Source: a virus (lineage: Duplodnaviria; Caudoviricetes). From it: a DNA stretch of 64,000 nucleotides. A program made the translations under genes and the position numbers. Position 1 is the stretch's first letter; every line of letters starts with the position of its first letter. Positions 37,815 through 45,739 of this stretch are shown here, one piece after another. Below the pieces are notes generated by a model. That model made no database searches. It was given only the letters and a program-made list of their open reading frames with translations, and was not told where the DNA came from. The stretch spans positions 1-64,000 of the IMG/VR virus record IMGVR_UViG_638275558_000001. One strand, given 5' to 3'.

Positions 37815-37997
37815 ATGACAGTCATATGGGCAATCTTTTTTATAGTCATGGTGTTGATGGAAATTCGAACCTTTCGGGTAAAGAGGTATCTGGAAGATCA
37901 CTCCACCCGACAAGGTTCTTATGCAACCGAATGGTATTACCGGGTGGTGAATGAAAAGGAGGAACGTAAAAAACCGGGTTCGCAATGGGATTTGTAA
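37815..37997 (+). CDS. Small membrane protein
   Basis: GGAGGGAG RBS; N-terminal TM helix. Confidence 0.65.
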   Translation: MTVIWAIFFIVMVLMEIRTFRVKRYLEDHSTRQGSYATEWYYRVVNEKEERKKPGSQWDL

Positions 37998-38311
37998 GAA
38001 AAAAAGAGCGCCTTATTATCAAGCGTGATTTCGACGCGCTTAAATTTGAAGACGCGTTCGATCTTGAGATCGTGTTTCACGTCAACCCCGAAGTTGAAAT
38101 TATTGATCGGGGAGAAGACGTGGTTGTCGTATATGCCCCGCTTGGCATTTTGGGAAGCGGGGAAACAGTTGAAGAGGCAATGAATAGTTTGCTTCTTCAG
38201 GCTGTAAAGGAATATAAAGAGAGCACTTATGAAGGAGAGCGAGAGATACTTCGTTCCTTTATAAAGTTGTACACGTCGTTTCTCCCGCCCGACTGGAAAA
38301 GTCGGGTTTGA
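37985..38311 (+). CDS. HicB-like antitoxin-fold protein
   Basis: VVVYAPLGILGSGETVEEAMNSL...KEY resembles the HicB GxTxEEA motif. Confidence 0.55.
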   Translation: MGFVRKKERLIIKRDFDALKFEDAFDLEIVFHVNPEVEIIDRGEDVVVVYAPLGILGSGETVEEAMNSLLLQAVKEYKESTYEGEREILRSFIKLYTSFLPPDWKSRV

Positions 38312-38370
38312 GTAATAGGGCATTCGTCTGCTCTCATGAGTAACCGATAACCAAACAAACGGAGGTAGCC

Positions 38371-38778
38371 ATGAAAGAGGTCAGCGTCACCCATGTCGTC
38401 GTTTGCCCCTTCTGTGGCAAGACGGGCGAAGTCACCATTACGGCGGATGGGAGTGGTCCCCGCCTCGTGGAAATGGAGCGCATTTGCCCCCACGTAGATA
38501 CTGAATACGACGAAAGAAAGCGGGGGATTTACGTACATTTCAGTGACGGCGAAAGGGGGGACTACGTCTTCCTATACGCCCCCCTTGCGCTGTACGTCCG
38601 GGAGGGCGATCCCCATCTGATCGCCCGTGCGCTCCGCCGGCGGGGCTTTAAGGTACGGGTCGACGGGCGCCACATCATCTTCAAGACACCCGTCTACCCG
38701 TATCCGGTGGACTTGGCGCTTAGGCAGTATATGCTTAACGCCGGGCGCACGGTCTCATACAAACACGTGCATCTGTGA
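38371..38778 (+). CDS. Zn-ribbon protein, GC-rich
   Basis: CPFCG...CPH; ACCAAACAAACGGAGGTAGCC leader. Confidence 0.75.
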   Translation: MKEVSVTHVVVCPFCGKTGEVTITADGSGPRLVEMERICPHVDTEYDERKRGIYVHFSDGERGDYVFLYAPLALYVREGDPHLIARALRRRGFKVRVDGRHIIFKTPVYPYPVDLALRQYMLNAGRTVSYKHVHL

Positions 38779-38794
38779 AGATTATGTGAGGGGG

Positions 38795-38823
38795 TTGCGC
38801 GGCGCTTGGCATTTTCGTATATT
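38795..38823 (+). promoter_or_regulatory. Sigma70-type early promoter TTGCGC-N17-TATATT
   Basis: Correct spacing, followed by an AC-rich leader and GGAGG. Confidence 0.6.
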
Positions 38824-38860
38824 AGAACTGTCACCAACCAAACAAACCAAGGAGGTAGCC

Positions 38861-39085
38861 ACGAAAGCGATTGACGTTCTCAAGACATTCCCAGCCCCGG
38901 ACAGCTTCGAGGGCGTCTATTACTGTCCGGAGCATCCAGAGGTTGAAATCAAAGAAACCGTCCGTTGGACGGAGGTTCCAAACCCCAACCCCGACGCCCG
39001 CAACCCGGTCGCAGTACACCGGGTTGTGGACCGCTGGTGCCCGGTCTGCGGGAGACCGGCTGTTCTGGGAGCTCGATCCGCATGA
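38861..39085 (+). CDS. Zn-ribbon protein with an ACG (mutated or non-canonical) start
   Basis: GGAGGTAGCC-ACG-AAA parallels GGAGGTAGCC-ATG-AAA at 38371; CPEH...CPVC. Confidence 0.6.
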   Translation, partial: TKAIDVLKTFPAPDSFEGVYYCPEHPEVEIKETVRWTEVPNPNPDARNPVAVHRVVDRWCPVCGRPAVLGARSA

Positions 39086-39212
39086 CGGGTGTTTCGGCGA
39101 TATTCGCAATCTTCGCAACGCCGAAGCAAAGCTTGCCCGCCACATTTTAAAGTAATTTCCGTTTATATTTACTTATATTTACATAGGGGTTTAGAACAAA
39201 CCGGAAGATATT

Positions 39213-40106
39213 ATGAAGTGGTTTAAACGACTTACGACGCTGGAGATTTCCCTTCTTATTCCTCTCTTTATTTCCTTGAGCGTTTACTTCTCCACTCAGG
39301 GAGTCGCCAAATTTGTGGCGCTTCCTGTGTGGGTGGTGGCACTGGTAATAGCGGCTATTGACGTGGCAAAGTTCGTAAGTGTGGGTCTCCTTGTTACCAC
39401 AAGGGGATGGCTGCTCAAAACAATTCTGATTCCGGTCATCCTGTGCGCCGTCTTTGCCACTTCTTTCAGTTTTTATGCGGCACTTGTTTATTCACACGCG
39501 GAGTCGGTGTCTTCAGAGAAAGTTGAAAACATCACAGAAGCTACCATAACTCGTGAAACCGTTCAGCGTCAGATCGCGCGTTATGAGCAGCTTCTTGAGG
39601 AGGTTGACCGTTCTATTGAAAATATGAACAACACAACCACAGAGAGCATCTGGCAAGAACGTCTCCGCAAGCGAGAGTTGGAGTCGCTGGTGAATCGAAA
39701 GGAGGAGTACCTTGCCGCTATTGACTCTCTTGAAGCCGTTCTTGTAAGCAGCACGGTGGAATCGAATCAGCGTCAAAATCTATTTTTCCTCAACTATATT
39801 ACTCCCAACTTCTATTTCGTGCTTCTTACGATCATTTTCGATCCGCTTGCCGTTCTTCTTTACGCGCTGTTTGTGCGCATGCTGAAGCAAAATGCGCGTG
39901 AGGAAGATGAAAAAGAAGTGAAAGAGGAAAAAACGGGAGTGGAGGTTGTGAAACCTAATGAACCCGAAGAGCAGGATTTCGTTTCCAAGCAAGAGGAAGC
40001 GGAGCAGCTGCTGATGGATAAAGTTTTTCAAACCAAACGCTTTGCATTTGATCCAACCCGAATGCAACCCCAGAAGGTGGTTATACGGGAAAAAAGGAGG
40101 AGGTGA
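39213..40106 (+). CDS. Multi-pass membrane / coiled-coil phage protein
   Basis: Three N-terminal TM helices, a coiled coil, then IIFDPLAVLL TM. Confidence 0.8.
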   Translation: MKWFKRLTTLEISLLIPLFISLSVYFSTQGVAKFVALPVWVVALVIAAIDVAKFVSVGLLVTTRGWLLKTILIPVILCAVFATSFSFYAALVYSHAESVSSEKVENITEATITRETVQRQIARYEQLLEEVDRSIENMNNTTTESIWQERLRKRELESLVNRKEEYLAAIDSLEAVLVSSTVESNQRQNLFFLNYITPNFYFVLLTIIFDPLAVLLYALFVRMLKQNAREEDEKEVKEEKTGVEVVKPNEPEEQDFVSKQEEAEQLLMDKVFQTKRFAFDPTRMQPQKVVIREKRRR

Positions 40107-40107
40107 T

Positions 40108-40362
40108 ATGTACATTGTAAAAAAAGTCAGGATATTGAGTGAGACGGCAACGGTAATCGTCGAATATTCAGATTACAGGGCAAATGTATGGGTTGGGAAG
40201 GGAATCTCCTGTAGAGCCTTTCTCAAAAGCAAAGAGGTTAGAACAGGGGTAATCCCTTACCTGACCATTTACAAAAGATACCCCAGAAATGGAAAGCTAC
40301 TGGAAGATTTCTTAAAATCGATGGAACAACAATATGTACAACATACGCGTCAACACATATAG
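40108..40362 (+). CDS. Small-ORF array member 1 (MYIVKK)
   Basis: GGAGG RBS, GTGATATG junction. Confidence 0.75.
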   Translation: MYIVKKVRILSETATVIVEYSDYRANVWVGKGISCRAFLKSKEVRTGVIPYLTIYKRYPRNGKLLEDFLKSMEQQYVQHTRQHI

Positions 40363-40660
40363 TGTAGGGCTGCATTCGCACCAAGTTCCGATTCTCAAAG
40401 CAGCCAACGATCCTTCCATTGTTGATCACAACATGTATCTGTACATTACCGCCCGCCACCCCTTTTTGCGGCTCAAGATAGATTTCACGTTTAACGGCAA
40501 CAAAAGGGTGGCGTCATCGGCAATTATTTCCATGCACAACAGGGGGAAAGATCTGATTAAAGAATATAAGCTGTTCGATCTTGATATATACAAACCGACA
40601 ACTGCTTCGTATAAACCCTCAGATAAGACCAAGACTGTAAAGTTGATTTATAACTTTTAA
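40334..40660 (+). CDS. Small-ORF array member 2 (MYNIRV)
   Basis: Shared N-term motif; ends KLIYNF. Confidence 0.7.
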   Translation: MYNIRVNTYSVGLHSHQVPILKAANDPSIVDHNMYLYITARHPFLRLKIDFTFNGNKRVASSAIISMHNRGKDLIKEYKLFDLDIYKPTTASYKPSDKTKTVKLIYNF

Positions 40661-40683
40661 ATGATAATAGACGTTGGGTGATT

Positions 40684-40986
40684 ATGTATTGTCTTCGATA
40701 TAAAATAGCAGATATACGTTGTGCCGCCCTTAACGTACATGCGTCGAAAGTGGCACCCCCCTCCTATGTAGACATAGTGATTAAGGGGGTTTTTAAGATA
40801 AAAAAAGGGGCGCTCAGTATCGCGGTTCATCCTGATACACCTGTGGGAGACATAAGGTTTGATTGTCTCATGAAGGTTTATGGAAGCGGAGATGTGTTTG
40901 AAATACACTGTTTTAAAATCATTTTTCATTTGAATGATATTAAAAAGAGGTGTTATCGGAATCTTTTAAAGTTGGTTATAAGTTAG
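40684..40986 (+). CDS. Small-ORF array member 3 (MYCLRY)
   Basis: Shared N-term motif; ends LKLVIS. Confidence 0.7.
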   Translation: MYCLRYKIADIRCAALNVHASKVAPPSYVDIVIKGVFKIKKGALSIAVHPDTPVGDIRFDCLMKVYGSGDVFEIHCFKIIFHLNDIKKRCYRNLLKLVIS

Positions 40987-40993
40987 TGTAAAT

Positions 40994-41290
40994 ATGTGGG
41001 TTCTAAAACGGCAAGAGCAGGAAATAGGGATAAAGAGTCAGGATACGCCGATTCTGGCTCCTATTAATGCTGAGGTGGAAATACACATAGAAAAGTATAT
41101 AGGCGGATTTCCGAAGACAAAAGGCTTGTATGCAGAAGTGATCTATGCGTCAAAATATAACAAACCGGTTGTTTTTGCGCAAACCTTAAATGCGAACTAC
41201 GAAATGTACTTATGTTCTATTGGTATTTATAAAAACGTCGGAAGACAGAATAACATTATAAACATCTTAAAACTTTATGTAAACCTGTAA
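40994..41290 (+). CDS. Small-ORF array member 4 (MWVLKR)
   Basis: Shared N-term motif; ends LKLYVNL. Confidence 0.7.
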   Translation: MWVLKRQEQEIGIKSQDTPILAPINAEVEIHIEKYIGGFPKTKGLYAEVIYASKYNKPVVFAQTLNANYEMYLCSIGIYKNVGRQNNIINILKLYVNL

Positions 41291-41294
41291 CACC

Positions 41295-41582
41295 ATGTAC
41301 GTTTTAAAAATTAAAAAATACAGCTTTCATACCGGATTTTACAAAATTCCGGCAAATGGTATGGTACGGGATCCTGAGAATGGGTATATTGATCTTTGTC
41401 TCAAAACGGAACTCCCGTTATGTGCTTTCTTTGTAAACTATGAGGAAGAAGATGAACCGCGCGTTTTTGTTATAAAAGAGGCTGGAAAAGATCCTCAGGA
41501 AACTATCGTAGAATTTATTGTAAGTAAAAACTTTCCCATTAATAGGAATTTCAACATAATCAAACTGATATTTGCGCCATGA
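41295..41582 (+). CDS. Small-ORF array member 5 (MYVLKI)
   Basis: Shared N-term motif; ends IKLIFAP. Confidence 0.7.
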   Translation: MYVLKIKKYSFHTGFYKIPANGMVRDPENGYIDLCLKTELPLCAFFVNYEEEDEPRVFVIKEAGKDPQETIVEFIVSKNFPINRNFNIIKLIFAP

Positions 41583-41809
41583 TGGTTGTTGCCGGTAGAA
41601 ATTACAAGCTGGAATCCAGCGAAATGCTGATTCCCAACGTGGTGGTTACATCCAAAAACCGAATCTATAACGTTTCGATATGGGTTATAGACATCGGATA
41701 TTTCTATGCGGGAAATGAACGGGGGTATCTTGGATTAAGATGTGGGGTTGAAAAAACGTTTACTGGCTTTAAAATTAATGTCTATAAAACCACAAATCGC
41801 GGGAAGTGA
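41579..41809 (+). CDS. Small-ORF array member 6 (MMVVAG)
   Basis: ATGA-coupled to member 5. Confidence 0.65.
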   Translation: MMVVAGRNYKLESSEMLIPNVVVTSKNRIYNVSIWVIDIGYFYAGNERGYLGLRCGVEKTFTGFKINVYKTTNRGK

Positions 41810-41810
41810 T

Positions 41811-42071
41811 ATGTATATGATAAGATTGAAATGCCACGATTATCCCAATACGGTCAACAGCAAAAAAATGGTTAATTACAAAATAACTCTGAAATCAGAA
41901 CACCCATCAAACACACTTACCATTCTGATAAACTGGGTTTCAACCAATATCGAAAGATATGGCAACCATATTATGTTTCAGCGTCCCGGTTATTACCTGA
42001 GCGCTACGTTTTTGTTTAAAAAACATCTTTATTTCAAAGGCGGTTACCATCTACAAAGCTTTCGACTGTAA
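41811..42071 (+). CDS. Small-ORF array member 7 (MYMIRL)
   Basis: GTGATATGTA junction. Confidence 0.7.
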   Translation: MYMIRLKCHDYPNTVNSKKMVNYKITLKSEHPSNTLTILINWVSTNIERYGNHIMFQRPGYYLSATFLFKKHLYFKGGYHLQSFRL

Positions 42072-42086
42072 AAAATGTAAACCGAT

Positions 42087-42347
42087 ATGTATCTCATAAG
42101 ACATAGTCTCAAAAATAGGGTTGCCTATCCAGAGGATCCTTACTACAAACCACCGGTTTCCACCGGCGGGAAATGGGTTACGCATCTGGGAAAGCTTTGT
42201 AAAATAGAATTTCACGCACTGGTTTTGCAGAAGGAAATGTGGGAAGAGATAAGAAGTAGGAACAAATCACTATTCAACGATCGGATTCGCAAAGTACTTT
42301 TGTACGATACTGAAGAAAACCTATTTGCCATATATAAGATAATCTGA
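42087..42347 (+). CDS. Small-ORF array member 8 (MYLIRH)
   Basis: Shared N-term motif. Confidence 0.7.
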   Translation: MYLIRHSLKNRVAYPEDPYYKPPVSTGGKWVTHLGKLCKIEFHALVLQKEMWEEIRSRNKSLFNDRIRKVLLYDTEENLFAIYKII

Positions 42348-42580
42348 TGTTTCTGCTTAAGACAACACCGCGCAATCACAATCCGCGTCAGGTATGGTTG
42401 AAACTACCTGACCAGAGACGGGTGTTTTTTGAGGTTTCCTACAGATTCGTAGAAATTTCACATGCGACTGGAAACCGTGTTAACAGAATTCTATTACAAC
42501 TCCTGTCGGAATATCATTTTACATTTGTAAAAAAGGCGGACTATGCTGCTGGTCAAAAACAGCCACATCGATCCCAATGA
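42347..42580 (+). CDS. Small-ORF array member 9 (MFLLKT)
   Basis: TGATG-coupled; shared N-term motif. Confidence 0.7.
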   Translation: MFLLKTTPRNHNPRQVWLKLPDQRRVFFEVSYRFVEISHATGNRVNRILLQLLSEYHFTFVKKADYAAGQKQPHRSQ

Positions 42581-42761
42581 TGGTGAAATGCGGCTAAAAT
42601 ACAGCCGCGTTATGGATGTTAAAATTTATCTTGGGGCGTTTGGGAAATACCCAAACCCCCGAAGGGTGTCTTATAGTCTGGCACCCTTTGATGAACTGTT
42701 TGAGTTTGCAAGCTGGATGTCACTTTTGATGATAGAAAAGCACATAAACCGGAAAAAGTAA
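42543..42761 (+). CDS. Small-ORF array member 10 (MLLVKN)
   Basis: Variant of the shared N-term motif. Confidence 0.65.
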   Translation: MLLVKNSHIDPNDGEMRLKYSRVMDVKIYLGAFGKYPNPRRVSYSLAPFDELFEFASWMSLLMIEKHINRKK

Positions 42762-42762
42762 T

Positions 42763-42942
42763 ATGTACGTGTTTAAAGTAAGTTATTTTATGAACGGCGA
42801 GCCGATAGGCATACGTACCCTTTCAAGGTGGGTGCAGGTTGAAATTGCCTACTGGGGTAAAGAAGGTACACGTTATAAAAGAGTTACCGGTGGGAGATTT
42901 GAGGAAAATGATTACTGGTACGAAATAGAGATAAAAAAATAG
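42763..42942 (+). CDS. Small-ORF array member 11 (MYVFKV, 59 aa; not in the ORF track)
   Basis: Translated by hand; TAATATGTA junction. Confidence 0.7.
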   Translation: MYVFKVSYFMNGEPIGIRTLSRWVQVEIAYWGKEGTRYKRVTGGRFEENDYWYEIEIKK

Positions 42943-42953
42943 AATGTGTCATT

Positions 42954-43184
42954 ATGTATCTTATGAGAATGAATAAAAGTGTACCAATAACACCCATTTC
43001 CGGGAGGGGGAGTACACTGAGCGGGCATAGCGAGATTAGAATAGGAGCCGCGTGTTTTCGCGCCATGCACTGGACTTATATAATAAGTGTACACATACCG
43101 AACAATCAGTTTAGTGTTTGTTTAATGGAAAAAAGAGAATTAATAAACGTATTTTTAGACAAGCATATAAAATGTACGTATTAA
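42954..43184 (+). CDS. Small-ORF array member 12 (MYLMRM)
   Basis: Shared N-term motif. Confidence 0.7.
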   Translation: MYLMRMNKSVPITPISGRGSTLSGHSEIRIGAACFRAMHWTYIISVHIPNNQFSVCLMEKRELINVFLDKHIKCTY

Positions 43185-43396
43185 GTACAGGTGTTGATGA
43201 TCCACTATTTATGACCGGAACTTCTACACCGGGTGTGATCACTCCCAAAGAGGGTTTTTATACAACCCAGAAGTTTATTCGTGTGTGGTTTTTTGTACGC
43301 TACTACAGTGTTCCCCCAAAATCCCACAACGTTGTACATTTTACCAGCGCCAACCATTATAAACTTATAAAAAAATTCTATTATGTATACTATTAA
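43172..43396 (+). CDS. Small-ORF array member 13 (MYVLST)
   Basis: Shared N-term motif; C-half similar to member 16. Confidence 0.7.
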   Translation: MYVLSTGVDDPLFMTGTSTPGVITPKEGFYTTQKFIRVWFFVRYYSVPPKSHNVVHFTSANHYKLIKKFYYVYY

Positions 43397-43700
43397 ATTA
43401 AACAAAGGGGTTAAAAACAACGAATGTTTTGTGGTTGTCGGAAACGAAATTCTCTCCAATGACCCCATTGTAAACTATAATATATTTAGCAAACAGGATG
43501 ATCTGTTCGCATTTACAATTCAATACTGGCATAGCTTAAGAACACTGGGACCAGAAGGCACACCACTTGATCTGGAACTGACGTCTAATGCGATAAATCT
43601 TGGAAGGATTTATAACGAAGAAGATGAACCCTTCCCGGATTTCATTTTTGAAAAACTGATATATAAAGACTTTCAAGAAAGCTCTAAATTTGGGTGGTGA
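43383..43700 (+). CDS. Small-ORF array member 14 (MYTIKL)
   Basis: Shared N-term motif. Confidence 0.7.
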   Translation: MYTIKLNKGVKNNECFVVVGNEILSNDPIVNYNIFSKQDDLFAFTIQYWHSLRTLGPEGTPLDLELTSNAINLGRIYNEEDEPFPDFIFEKLIYKDFQESSKFGW

Positions 43701-43972
43701 TGTATATAACAATCAGAAAACAAATCGAATCGGTAGTATACGTAGAACCTGAATTGCTATATCATATGTTCGTAGAAATGCTGGGATACGATGTGGTAGT
43801 TTATACGCTATATGCCGCCCAATGTACCAAATATCCCGATAATAAAACGGGGGTGGTTAAGATGTTTAGTAAAAAGAAGGTGTTTTATGTGCTGAAGGTG
43901 ATAAAAGTGAGCAGGAAACCTTCTTTCTGGAAACGTCTTTTAGAATGGGTAAAAGCTATTATCAGGGGGTGA
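43700..43972 (+). CDS. Small-ORF array member 15 (MYITIR)
   Basis: TGATG-coupled. Confidence 0.7.
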   Translation: MYITIRKQIESVVYVEPELLYHMFVEMLGYDVVVYTLYAAQCTKYPDNKTGVVKMFSKKKVFYVLKVIKVSRKPSFWKRLLEWVKAIIRG

Positions 43973-43973
43973 T

Positions 43974-44141
43974 ATGTATTACCTCAAGTTGCCGGTAGCA
44001 AAGCACTCACCCTTTGATTGTATCTGGGTGTTGTTTATGATACATTACTTTCCTGTAAGTGTTTCTTTAAACACCCCGAACGCTGTATATTTTAACATCA
44101 AAAATTTTAAACTTATTAAGAGAATTTATCAAAGGTTATAA
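43974..44141 (+). CDS. Small-ORF array member 16 (MYYLKL, 55 aa; not in the ORF track)
   Basis: Translated by hand; GTGATATGTA junction. Confidence 0.7.
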   Translation: MYYLKLPVAKHSPFDCIWVLFMIHYFPVSVSLNTPNAVYFNIKNFKLIKRIYQRL

Positions 44142-44171
44142 TGTGGAACAATCAACTTTGGGGTGATCACA

Positions 44172-44456
44172 ATGATTGTACTTAAAACACCGATACTCAG
44201 AGTTACTTCGTGGTTAGATATTAGAACCGTTTTGTACGTTGAGGGGATTGGATTTGTTACCAGAATCCCCTGGATGTGGGATATTATCTTTGAAATTGTT
44301 TACGTTTATAATAAAATTGAGCGTAATGCTTGTTATTATACCAATTACATCAATTTCACTTTGAATCTTGATTCAGTAGGCGGTAAAGCGTTTGCTGTGT
44401 TGAAAGGGGTCGCACCAGAACAGGTTTTTTCCATTATTATGGTGGTTAGAAGATAG
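44172..44456 (+). CDS. Small-ORF array member 17 (MIVLKT)
   Basis: Variant of the shared N-term motif. Confidence 0.65.
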   Translation: MIVLKTPILRVTSWLDIRTVLYVEGIGFVTRIPWMWDIIFEIVYVYNKIERNACYYTNYINFTLNLDSVGGKAFAVLKGVAPEQVFSIIMVVRR

Positions 44457-44465
44457 AAAGGTGTC

Positions 44466-44576
44466 ATGTTCGTATTGAAAATGCGTGTTGTCGAAAAGAT
44501 TAGAGATCATTATGTACCTTCCGACTATAGATCTTTTATACGTCTTGGTAACTATACTTGGTTCTATCTTTTTTAT
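44466..44576 (+). pseudogene. Small-ORF array member 18 (MFVLKM), apparently interrupted by the tnpB element
   Basis: Shared N-term motif; reads in frame into GC-rich IS sequence after ...TTTTAT. Confidence 0.5.
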
Positions 44577-45709
44577 CATGACACCCATGACATACCGTTG
44601 ACACCGGCGCATAATACCTTCCCACAAACGTTTGCCGCCATGCAGACGCTCACGGTCAAATGCAAGCTGGTCCTCTCTAAGGAGCAGCGAGAAGCACTTG
44701 ACACCACCATGCGAGCGTTTGCCGCCGCGTGCAACGATGCAATCGCCGTCGGTCGAAGACTGAATACCGCGTCGAACATTCGCATCCACCGCGTCTGCTA
44801 CAGCGACCTCAGAGCAAGGCATGGTCTTACAGCCAACCTTGCCGTCCGTGCCATTGCCCGAGCAGCAGGCATTCTCAAAGTCAAGAAGCGCCAGTGCAGT
44901 ACAGTACGCCCGACAAGCATCGACTACGACGCCCGCATCTTCTCCTTCCGAGAAGCCAACAAGCGCCGTGGTCTGGAAGACGCGGCAAGGAGACTACTAC
45001 ATCGGTATCCACATTAACGTAGAGACGCCCCCACCTGAAGATGAGCACGGGTGGATTGGCGTCGACCTTGGAATCGCGAGCATTGCCACGCTGAGCGACG
45101 GCACGGTGTTCAGCGGCGACCAGATAGAGCGGGTCCGTGCTCGGTATGAAAGAACCCGCCGCTCCCTCCAGCGAAAAGGCACGAGGGGCGCAAAGCGCGT
45201 CCTGAAACGGCTCTCGGGAAGGGAGCGGCGCTTCCAGCAGGCGATCAACCACACCATCAGTCGCCGTATCGTAGACCGGGCTATCGCCGAGGGTAAGGGT
45301 GTCCGGCTCGAAGACCTCAGCGGCATTCGCAAAAGTGTGCGCGTTCGAAAATCGCAGCGCAGAAGAATCCACCGCTGGGCGTTCTATGATTTGCGCATTA
45401 AAATCGCGTACAAGTGCGCCCTTGCCGGGGTGCCCTTCGAGCTGATTGATCCCCGATATACGTCTCAGCGCTGTCCGGTCTGCGGGCATACCGAGAGGGC
45501 AAACCGCAAGAGCCAGAGCAAGTTTGTCTGCCGCTCGTGCGGATTGGAAGCGAACGCCGATGTGGTTGGCGCAATTAACATTGCACTCGGGGGCGTTGTC
45601 AACCGTCCCGAAGTAGCGCCCGATGATGTCGAAGCGGTGTTGCATGGTCAGCGCCGAACTGAGACGGAGGGCAGCTACAAGCCCACGACTGAAGTCGTGG
45701 GTAGTTGAT
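44577..45709 (+). mobile_element. IS200/IS605-family (tnpB-only) element; left boundary approximate
   Basis: Abrupt GC-rich segment; right-end hairpin CCCACGACT-GA-AGTCGTGGG followed by TAGTTGAT. Confidence 0.75.
44640..45708 (+). pseudogene. tnpB: tnpB with an internal deletion and frameshift near 44950
   Basis: MQTLTVKCKL...IFSFRE in one frame; KPTSAVV...GVDLG, RLEDL, CPVCG/CRSCG, NADVVGAINI in another. Confidence 0.85.
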
Positions 45710-45739
45710 GAATATCCATAGCCATTTATTTAATCAAAA

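Noticed and set aside
40108-44576. Integron (attC) or diversity-generating retroelement explanation for the array
   Set aside because: No attC-like palindromes between ORFs, no integrase or reverse transcriptase in the window, and no TR/VR repeat pair
44466-45017. 183-aa ORF as a genuine fusion protein
   Set aside because: Better explained as array member 18 read in frame into the inserted tnpB N-terminus
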